A DNA stretch of 53,277 nt from IMG/VR virus record IMGVR_UViG_3300025815_002696, positions 1-53,277 of that record. The stretch is one strand, 5' to 3'. A model generated the notes under the pieces. That model searched no databases, was not told where the DNA came from, and saw only the letters and a program-made list of their open reading frames with translations. Below, in pieces: positions 45,603 to 52,950 of the stretch. Source of the DNA: a virus (Duplodnaviria > Caudoviricetes). The translations under genes were made by a program, and so were the position numbers. Each line of letters opens with the position of its first letter. The first letter of the stretch is position 1.

Positions 45603-45857
45603 TCAGTTCAATTTCTTGTCTAACTTCTGATCCATGTCTATCTGGAACGCTGTGTCTCTGATGCGGTCCGTCAGTTCGTTTGGTATATTTAACTCACCGT
45701 CTATGATGCTCTTGAGAAAGTGTACCATCACAGTGAACTCGTTCCTGTTGGCCACCGTCTCTGGATCTATGCCGTGTTGCTCCATAGCATTCAGCATGGC
45801 CTCAGACACGTCTACCAGTGCCTTGATGCTTGTCGAATGTTTGTCAAAATGTGCCAT
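45603..45857 (-). CDS. Hypothetical protein
   Basis: 84 aa, TAATG-coupled. Confidence 0.7.
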   Translation of the reverse strand: MAHFDKHSTSIKALVDVSEAMLNAMEQHGIDPETVANRNEFTVMVHFLKSIIDGELNIPNELTDRIRDTAFQIDMDQKLDKKLN

Positions 45858-46165
45858 TATGTTATAATGCTGGGTTTCTTTGGAACCTCGATCTTGCTGA
45901 ACACCCTGTTGTACTCATCAGCGATCTTGTCATTGATGTGTGCTATCGAAATCAGTTTATCGATTGCTATGTTGAATGGTTCATTCTGTTTAGCAGTGGA
46001 GAAAAATGTACCAAATGCCAATCCTTGTGGACCGTTCATTAGTACAAGTGCCTTCTCGATACTGACGTATCGTGTGTCGGTCCTGCTAAGATATTTTGCT
46101 ATGACTTCTTCCCCTGAAATCAATTTAAGAGTAACTAGATCTCCATCTTTTATTTTATCAAACAT
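45857..46165 (-). CDS. Sm-like fold phage protein
   Basis: VTLKLISGEEVIA...Y...FSKIEVP pattern; preceded by TTGACA-N16-TATAAT-N7-ATG (46173-46200). Confidence 0.6.
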   Translation of the reverse strand: MFDKIKDGDLVTLKLISGEEVIAKYLSRTDTRYVSIEKALVLMNGPQGLAFGTFFSTAKQNEPFNIAIDKLISIAHINDKIADEYNRVFSKIEVPKKPSIIT

Positions 46166-46180
46166 ATTTCTTATTATAAA

Positions 46181-46591
46181 CTATCCTAGGAGTTTGTCAA
46201 TGTATTTCTTCAATTCCTTGTCCTGTACATTGGGCGGAATGTGATTGTAGAAAAATATCTGGTAACTGTCAGAACCGTACTTGCCTATGCCGTGTAGGTC
46301 ACTGGCCTCTTTTTTGTTCCATGTTAGATATTGCTCTGTCATCTTTCTTATCCTCTTTGATCTAACCTCCCACATGCCCAAAGGTTTCAACATCTCCTGT
46401 TGCGTCTTCAACCTGCCACGCAGGTATGCTTCGGGATTTGGATATCTTTTAAAAAGTTTTGGTAAGATGATCTTCACGTGTTTTCTGTATGTCAGGTTCA
46501 GGCACATCACACCCACCATGTGTTTCCATCTCTTGTGTGGGGCCTTCAGTTGCTGTTGCACCATCAGGTGATCCACCATTGGTTTGATCAT
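46181..46591 (-). CDS. MBD4-like HhH-GPD DNA glycosylase
   Basis: CLNLT, LKPLGM...R, LHGIGKYGSDSYQIF, DKELKKY; preceded by TTGACA-N16-TAAAAT-N6-ATG. Confidence 0.8.
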   Translation of the reverse strand: MIKPMVDHLMVQQQLKAPHKRWKHMVGVMCLNLTYRKHVKIILPKLFKRYPNPEAYLRGRLKTQQEMLKPLGMWEVRSKRIRKMTEQYLTWNKKEASDLHGIGKYGSDSYQIFFYNHIPPNVQDKELKKYIDKLLG

Positions 46592-46607
46592 ACAACAATT
46601 TTATATG

Positions 46608-47246
46608 CTATTTGTTTTTTGTCAACTGTCGGTTGATGAACTTGGCCATGCCGTCGTAGGTCTCTTGGTACACGTTTCCGTGTTGGCTCCATTCCTTGGG
46701 CATCTCCCAGCGATCATGATTTACCACGATCCATCTCGTGTCCGGATCCGAGTATCCCATCAACTTGTGGAACTGGTATATCCAGTATGACGGATCGACC
46801 GGTCTCTTGATGTAGGTGTATCCCTCTGAACCTGTGTACATGTTGTTGATCCGGTCCTTCTCCAACGGATGTAGGTCGAATCCCAGCATGAATATGGCCT
46901 TGGGTCGGAACGTCAGTCCCAAAACTCCTGCGTATGGACCTGTGCCCCAGTGGAAAGGTTCATCCTGTCTCTTTTCCCCAGAGTAGGGTAGGTCAGGAAA
47001 CTGTTTCACGTTGGGCCAGTGTGCGAACTGATCTGCCCAATTTTCTCTGGTAAAAATTGTTGTTCCCTTACCAACTGCATTTACCGCCTGCTGGCACATG
47101 TGTTTGTCTGCACAACAAAGATATTCTGTCACATAATCTCGATAGATTGCGTTACAACCAATCACGGTGCTGAACAGTTTTAATGGTGAGAGATCAAATC
47201 CCCTACGGCTTTCACCGTTTCCTATGATGCTTACATACTTGGTCAT
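46608..47246 (-). CDS. Maf/MptE-like protein, paralog of 41880..42623
   Basis: IIGNGESRRGF, GCNAIYRD, GTG..A, IFMLGFD, NNMY; TAAATA 5 nt upstream. Confidence 0.6.
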   Translation of the reverse strand: MTKYVSIIGNGESRRGFDLSPLKLFSTVIGCNAIYRDYVTEYLCCADKHMCQQAVNAVGKGTTIFTRENWADQFAHWPNVKQFPDLPYSGEKRQDEPFHWGTGPYAGVLGLTFRPKAIFMLGFDLHPLEKDRINNMYTGSEGYTYIKRPVDPSYWIYQFHKLMGYSDPDTRWIVVNHDRWEMPKEWSQHGNVYQETYDGMAKFINRQLTKNK

Positions 47247-47327
47247 AATGCTATTTAATCACCCCTTTAAACTGCTTTAGAGCAACGCACACTGCTGGTA
47301 AAAATGAACTTGGAGCAACTGTTCACA

Positions 47328-47576
47328 TCATTGATTTCCTGTGATTAAATGCCATACGGTACGATATTTGTCCCAGGCCTTTTGCAGGGTGGGGTACTTT
47401 CTCCGCAGTGCTATGGCCTCTGCATTTACCATTTCGGCCTCTTCGTATGCCTGTTCTTCGTCCTTGGCCTGCTGTGATTGTTCCACCAAGATCCTGTCTC
47501 CATTTGGTAATTGTTCATACACCGTCTCACCGCCATCTGGTGAAACAAATATGGATGCTTTTCGACGTTTTCTCAT
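47328..47576 (-). CDS. Hypothetical protein
   Basis: IFVSPDGGETVY motif; 82 aa. Confidence 0.7.
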   Translation of the reverse strand: MRKRRKASIFVSPDGGETVYEQLPNGDRILVEQSQQAKDEEQAYEEAEMVNAEAIALRRKYPTLQKAWDKYRTVWHLITGNQ

Positions 47577-47977
47577 CAGTAGTATTTCTTGTGGTCAGCG
47601 CCTGGATGGGCGTGTCTCATTCCACCTATCGGTTTAGAATCACCTTTGTGCCTAGGTATGAAGTGTATGTGTGGCCACATGATTGTCTGTCCGGCCGGTA
47701 CACCCATGTTCATGCCGATGTTGAATCCGTCTATCTCGCCTGCCTTGATTTTCTCATTGCCATAGTCGTATGCCATGCCGTAGGACCTGCCCACGAAGTG
47801 TGCGTTGTTCTCCTTGGGTATGAAAAGTTTGTGTCCTGGCACGCATGGAAATTTATCATTGAACACGAAAGTGAAGTCTGACTCCATGATCGGGGTGTCA
47901 TTGCCCATCCACACGCTCTCGTCTACGCAGTCAACAGGTTCATATTCTTTCTTGTAGATAGGTTTTTTCGATGGCAT
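47576..47977 (-). CDS. HIT family hydrolase
   Basis: DKFPCVPGH.LFIPK, GFNIG.N.G..AGQT..WPHIHFIPR. Confidence 0.85.
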   Translation of the reverse strand: MPSKKPIYKKEYEPVDCVDESVWMGNDTPIMESDFTFVFNDKFPCVPGHKLFIPKENNAHFVGRSYGMAYDYGNEKIKAGEIDGFNIGMNMGVPAGQTIMWPHIHFIPRHKGDSKPIGGMRHAHPGADHKKYY

Positions 47978-48299
47978 TGGTTTCTATAATTCCTATCCTT
48001 ATATTACTAGAATTTGGTCTATGTTGCAACCTGATTTGATCCCAGGTCTTGGTCTTTGGCACTGCTGGATTGTACTCCCATACGCCCAGTAGATTTACCA
48101 GTGCCTTCCTGACCTTCTCCGCACCGCCGTGTTTACGGCAGGTGTCCGACCTGCCCACGTGTACTATCTTGTTGTTGATTTTGATTTTATAAACACAAGG
48201 CAATCTTATCCACTTGGTCTTGGGATTCTTGCTGTGCCGGATTTTGAAACCTTCTATATCGTATAGGTCCTCTATGCTGTACCATTTAGTATCTGACAT
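47940..48299 (-). CDS. GIY-YIG-like domain protein
   Basis: CVYKI...IVHVGRS; Glu near the C-terminus. Confidence 0.45.
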   Translation of the reverse strand: MSDTKWYSIEDLYDIEGFKIRHSKNPKTKWIRLPCVYKIKINNKIVHVGRSDTCRKHGGAEKVRKALVNLLGVWEYNPAVPKTKTWDQIRLQHRPNSSNIRIGIIETNAIEKTYLQERI

Positions 48300-48825
48300 T
48301 TTTTATATTTAATTGTGCATAAACTTTTTGCACTTTCTTGGCCTGGAAATAGCAGTCTTCCAAGGCGTTGTGTAGTCCCACTCTTTTCTCGTTTGGATCA
48401 CGTGGCACGAGCGAGAATAATGTCCTCGAATCTCTGATCTGCCAGTACTGCCACGGTTGTGGGTGTCCCAACTGTGTGTATAAATTCTGTAGTATCGCGT
48501 AGTCAAACAGTGGTCCTTGGCACCAGAATACATCAACTCCAACCGACCACTTGTTAATAGTCTTGACCATCTCATCTAATGATATCCTGTCCTTGTCGCC
48601 CAAGGCCTCTTCCATGATCTCGGGATCCTGTCGACCCCACCAGTCCAAGGTGTCCTGCATCACATCACGGCCCATCTCTGTCTGTGAGTCCACGTCCACA
48701 CGGAAGTACATGCCCTGTGAGGGTTCTGCCGTTGTGTATGGATCAAACTTGACCCCACCCACGGTCAGTATGGTGGCGTTGGGATTGGTGGATAATGTCT
48801 CCAGATCTATCATCGCGTGGATCAT
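48286..48825 (-). CDS. DEDDh 3'-5' exonuclease (Rv2179c/DUF5051-like)
   Basis: MIDLETL, FDYAIL, RDSRT, HNALEDC; preceded by TTGACA-N17-TATAAT-N5-ATG (48831-48859). Confidence 0.85.
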   Translation of the reverse strand: MIHAMIDLETLSTNPNATILTVGGVKFDPYTTAEPSQGMYFRVDVDSQTEMGRDVMQDTLDWWGRQDPEIMEEALGDKDRISLDEMVKTINKWSVGVDVFWCQGPLFDYAILQNLYTQLGHPQPWQYWQIRDSRTLFSLVPRDPNEKRVGLHNALEDCYFQAKKVQKVYAQLNIKNVRY

Positions 48826-48855
48826 ACACAATTATACTATGGAAACGTGGTAATG

Positions 48856-50010
48856 TCAATTAGGCTTGAATCCGCACCACTTGAGCAGATGGGCGGGCAG
48901 GAAACTGGTGTCAATTGATCTCCTAGATGAAAATTGAGATAGATAATCACCAAAATTTCTCCTGTCTTGATCTGTGGGGTCTTTGTCTATAGATTTCCGT
49001 ATGTGCTTGAAGTGTGGCACGTTATCAAGAGATCTTGTTTGATCCATGAAGTTTTGCTTGGACTTATCGTCGAGCACATGAGGCATCAAGAATGGACGAT
49101 CACTCATCGAGGCAACTATGATTGCGTGTCGTTCATGGTACATGTCATAGAATCGTGCGAAATCTAATATTGACAAATTTGATATGGTAGAACAGAATTT
49201 GATCTCATTTCCATTGTCCTCTATCATTCTGACCTTCTCCTGGAAATCCTTCCAACTGATGCCGTATCTTAGTAGTTCAAAAAGTTTCCCTGTGGTTTCT
49301 GCAGACACAGTGAACTTTATTTTCTTACCCTTAATTTTCTTTAACAGATTGGATAATCTGGAATTGCTCACTCCCAGTCCTGTGGTTATCACAACTGGCT
49401 TATCACCTGAAACGTCTATGACAGATTCTAATTGATTGTTCAGCAAAGGTTCACCTCCAAGTATGCCTATGCTTTCCAGACCGACTGCCAACTTGATTTC
49501 GTTCAGTAATATGTTAAAGAATCTAGATTCTGTGCTACGTGATTTCTGTTTGATCTTTGACCATAAGTTTGAAAAATTGTCGTTGTCTAGGCTGTACCCG
49601 TCCAGATTGTGGGCGCCATTCTTTTCTATATCCCTTTGCCAGGACGAGCTCCATTCAGGCGAACAATACATACAGGTGAGGTTACAGTCAGTGCTCAAGG
49701 AAATCTCAACATGTTTCATTGGTGCGTGTCTGTCAGAAATCACAGCACTGTTCCTATGTTGCTCTCTTTGGCTTGGCAATCCCTGTTCCTCGTACTTGTA
49801 GCAACCATGATGGCATGACTCACAGGACTTGTTGTCTAGCATGAGCCTTCGGTCCTCCAACATGGTGTCGGTGTGGAACAATCTACCAGGATTGGCCTCT
49901 AGCCAGTCTAGATCAACCCTTTCTGGATAGGCCTTGCAACAGTTGTACAACAATCTACTTTGAACATGTACTTGTAGCTCAGTGAATTTAGCGGAACAAT
50001 AGTAATCCAT
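48856..50010 (-). CDS. Radical SAM protein with an N-terminal Cys cluster (twitch/SPASM-like)
   Basis: CNLTCMYC, SSSW, GGEP; N-terminal C...CC...C..C; start re-placed at MDYYCSAKF (TAAATA 5 nt upstream). Confidence 0.85.
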   Translation of the reverse strand: MDYYCSAKFTELQVHVQSRLLYNCCKAYPERVDLDWLEANPGRLFHTDTMLEDRRLMLDNKSCESCHHGCYKYEEQGLPSQREQHRNSAVISDRHAPMKHVEISLSTDCNLTCMYCSPEWSSSWQRDIEKNGAHNLDGYSLDNDNFSNLWSKIKQKSRSTESRFFNILLNEIKLAVGLESIGILGGEPLLNNQLESVIDVSGDKPVVITTGLGVSNSRLSNLLKKIKGKKIKFTVSAETTGKLFELLRYGISWKDFQEKVRMIEDNGNEIKFCSTISNLSILDFARFYDMYHERHAIIVASMSDRPFLMPHVLDDKSKQNFMDQTRSLDNVPHFKHIRKSIDKDPTDQDRRNFGDYLSQFSSRRSIDTSFLPAHLLKWCGFKPN

Positions 50011-50045
50011 GCTGATATTTAAATGATGTTGCGATGGTGTGTAAA

Positions 50046-50267
50046 TTAAGCGTCTTTGTCGGTCTTGTAGTAGTCCTGGTACTGTTTGAATTCTTCCTCT
50101 GTCAGACAATATACCTCACCTGAGCTCTGTGGGAAATTGATCATTGCGTATTCCTTCACTTCCGCACCAGAGGCCTCGCACAATGCTTTTGTGTCATACA
50201 GTTTCTGCTCATACACGCTCTCGCAGGCTCCCGCCATGCACATGTAAACCACTAAAATAAACTTCAT
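50046..50267 (-). CDS. Small Cys-containing hypothetical protein
   Basis: 73 aa; TAAATA 5 nt upstream. Confidence 0.65.
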   Translation of the reverse strand: MKFILVVYMCMAGACESVYEQKLYDTKALCEASGAEVKEYAMINFPQSSGEVYCLTEEEFKQYQDYYKTDKDA

Positions 50268-50336
50268 AAAAGTATTTAAGATAGTCTAAAATTGATAAAA
50301 CTAGCACATCTGTAAATTGGTAAATACACGCACATT

Positions 50337-50615
50337 ATGGATTTCGTTACATTTATAAAAGACGTGGGTTTCCCAATAGCAGGTGCCATAGCGGCAGGTG
50401 CCTTTGTGTTCATCACGCTTAAATTCATACTCGCGAGTGTGACAGGATCCGTGAATAGTTTGAAAGCCATCATTGGAGCATTGGACAACAGGGTGCAGAC
50501 CATGAACAATGACCTGGTCAAGATAGATGCACTTTTGAGTTATGTTTTGAAGATCAGGCCAAACGCAGACAGGCTGGCGGCAAACGAAGGGAAGAACGAT
50601 GCTAGACGCGACTAA
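50337..50615 (+). CDS. Small single-TM coiled-coil protein
   Basis: GFPIA TM segment, then LDNRV.TMNND; TAAATA 10 nt upstream. Confidence 0.75.
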   Translation: MDFVTFIKDVGFPIAGAIAAGAFVFITLKFILASVTGSVNSLKAIIGALDNRVQTMNNDLVKIDALLSYVLKIRPNADRLAANEGKNDARRD

Positions 50616-50940
50616 TGATCTCACAATAATGATCAAGGACTTTGGATTTCCTATCGTGGCCGCGATGGGTCTGGGTTACTTTGTTTACTACATTTGGAAG
50701 TGGGTGACTGAGGAGATCAAACCTGTGCTGGGCGATGCTTCATCAACACTGATAAAACTGGTGGACAGGATCCGTATGTTGGACAATGACATGATTCGTC
50801 TCAACACAAAATTATCAATGGTGCTGGAGTACAAGGACGAGATAATAAAGTCCGGACGTTCAGATGATCTAGACAAGATACTGGCCAAATACAAATCAAA
50901 GTCTGAGAGTTTTGATTCTACAGGCGATACAAAAAAATAA
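50599..50940 (+). CDS. Small single-TM coiled-coil protein, paralog of the preceding gene
   Basis: GFPIVAA TM segment, then LVDRIRMLDND. Confidence 0.75.
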   Translation: MLDATNDLTIMIKDFGFPIVAAMGLGYFVYYIWKWVTEEIKPVLGDASSTLIKLVDRIRMLDNDMIRLNTKLSMVLEYKDEIIKSGRSDDLDKILAKYKSKSESFDSTGDTKK

Positions 50941-52950
50941 TTACTTCGTTGTTGCCTTAAACGTTCCGTCCCAATCCTTGGGTTTGCCTGATTCTATACG
51001 AGTCTTCATGTTTGCGTAGTACTCGGACATGTCTTCGTGGAACTCCTTGGCTATAGCCAATCTCTTGAGTGCTTCAGTCCAATCTCCTGCGTAGTATGAT
51101 TCCAGGAACTGCCTGTGGTGTTCTGATTCCTTGGCCACGGTGTAGATCTTGACCCCAATGGTCTTGCCCTTGACGGCTATGCAGTCTAGTTCAAAAACGT
51201 TTATCTTGTCTTTGACTCGCCTTGCTGTCTCTGGTCCAAGCACTATCCTAACACCATATGTCTTTGATTGCCCTTCCAACCTCGCGGCCAGGTTAACACC
51301 ATCTCCAAGGCAGGTGTAGTCGAAGCGTTGGTCGGATCCCATGTTGCCCACCACGACCTCCGCAGTGTTTATACCCAATCCCATTCCAAAGGCCGGTATG
51401 CCCTCCTGCTGTACTTCCTCGTTGAACTTGTCCAGGCTGTCTAGCATCTTGATACCCGTCCACACGGCGTTCTCCGCGTGATCCCAGTCATCCAAGGGTG
51501 CGTTCCAGAAAGCCATCTGTGCGTCACCGATGTACTTGTCTATGGTGCCCTTGTTGTTCAATATCTCTCGGGTCATTGCGGTCATGTATCTGTTCATTAT
51601 CTTTGTAAGTCCTTGCACGTCCTCACCATAGTGTTCTGAAATGGAAGTGAATCCCCTGACGTCAGTGAACATTATTGATAGGTTCCTCGATTCGCCACCC
51701 AACTTCAATAGGTCGGGATTCTTCTGTAGTTGTGCCACCATGTCTGGTGATAGGTATGTGCCGAACTGTTTCTTGATCTGTTGTTTGAGACTGAACTCTT
51801 TGACGAAACGATTGAACACCGCGTGGAAACCTGTTATGGTGGTAACAAGTATTATCCAACTGGCGTCCCACAGTTGTAGGTGCTTGACGAAATAGAAATA
51901 TGCACCATAGGCCGTTCCTGACCACACAGTCAACAACACAGCACCCACCAACCAGTAGGGTGCGAAGCCTGCCAATAAAATTATTATCACTGCGAGTACA
52001 CCCGCCGCGACATACTCAAGGAATGTTGCGGTGTCTAACCTAACTATGTTCTCACCGTTCAACACGGTCTGTAGGCTGACCGCCATCGCAGTGTGGCTGT
52101 ACTGCTCTCCATTTGGAGTTGCGATAATTGTGCTGATACCTTGGGCCGTATTTCCTATTATCACAGTCTTGCCTGCCACTGAACTGAAGTCATCTGTGAT
52201 GCTGATCGTTTCAAACTCCTTGTTCCATCTCAGCCATATCCTTGCGTACTGGTCTGTTTTAATTGTTTTGAATTTTGGTACTCTTAAAGCAATTACACCA
52301 CCTTCGCTGGCTTTGACTTGGTAACTTGGATCGCCAACTGCGACTCTTATCACTTCTAATGCAACACTTGGATATACTTCGTCACCCACCCTCATCAGTA
52401 ATGGCAGTCTCCTAACTACACCATCTATCTCTGGCGTTGTGTTGACAACTCCAACACCATCAACGTTGTCGCCCAATAGGGGTATTGGTCCAAGCATTCC
52501 TGGCCATTCAAACAACCATGGCAGTGGATCGCCTATCTTGGCCACACCTCGTGGCACTGCGTTCTTGTTCGTCTGTGTTGTACCAGCCTGTGCTATGACA
52601 ATTCCATTCTGCACTAATGCCTGTGCCAGGTCCCGATCTCCTCCCAACCTGTCCTCTTCTGAGAACAATATTGGTAGTACTATTATGCCGGCACCTGCTT
52701 CTCTCAATCTCCATATCACGTCAGCCAACACTGTACGCTTCCATGGCCACTGTCCGTTCTGTTCTATGCTCTTCTCGTCTATCTCCACAATGACCACATC
52801 CTCACTCACGGTGGGAGTATCGTATTTCTGTATTAGGTCAAAACTTTTTAATCTGGCCGTCTCTTTCACGAAAGGATCTTTGAGTCCCCACGTCATCAAC
52901 ACCGCTAGTGTTATGAAAGCCAAGGTCCAGTGTGTCAGTATCCGTTTCAT
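50941..52950 (-). CDS. CHASE2-domain class III adenylate cyclase
   Basis: CHASE2 (IDEKS..G.WPW.R, DGVVRR), TM helices, then MFTDVRGFT, DKYIGD, RFDYT, VNLAARLE. Confidence 0.92.
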   Translation of the reverse strand: MKRILTHWTLAFITLAVLMTWGLKDPFVKETARLKSFDLIQKYDTPTVSEDVVIVEIDEKSIEQNGQWPWKRTVLADVIWRLREAGAGIIVLPILFSEEDRLGGDRDLAQALVQNGIVIAQAGTTQTNKNAVPRGVAKIGDPLPWLFEWPGMLGPIPLLGDNVDGVGVVNTTPEIDGVVRRLPLLMRVGDEVYPSVALEVIRVAVGDPSYQVKASEGGVIALRVPKFKTIKTDQYARIWLRWNKEFETISITDDFSSVAGKTVIIGNTAQGISTIIATPNGEQYSHTAMAVSLQTVLNGENIVRLDTATFLEYVAAGVLAVIIILLAGFAPYWLVGAVLLTVWSGTAYGAYFYFVKHLQLWDASWIILVTTITGFHAVFNRFVKEFSLKQQIKKQFGTYLSPDMVAQLQKNPDLLKLGGESRNLSIMFTDVRGFTSISEHYGEDVQGLTKIMNRYMTAMTREILNNKGTIDKYIGDAQMAFWNAPLDDWDHAENAVWTGIKMLDSLDKFNEEVQQEGIPAFGMGLGINTAEVVVGNMGSDQRFDYTCLGDGVNLAARLEGQSKTYGVRIVLGPETARRVKDKINVFELDCIAVKGKTIGVKIYTVAKESEHHRQFLESYYAGDWTEALKRLAIAKEFHEDMSEYYANMKTRIESGKPKDWDGTFKATTK

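Noticed and set aside
47258-47327. 70-nt intergenic gap as a possible ncRNA or terminator
   Set aside because: No convincing stem-loop with a U-tract or recognisable motif was found by eye.
257-50109. Longest-ORF starts in the track (496, 7337, 22359, 23273, 25106, 41268, 42647, 43069, 44054, 45157, 48831, 50109)
   Set aside because: They overlap neighbouring genes or promoter boxes; downstream starts supported by promoter spacing, RBS or stop-start coupling fit better.
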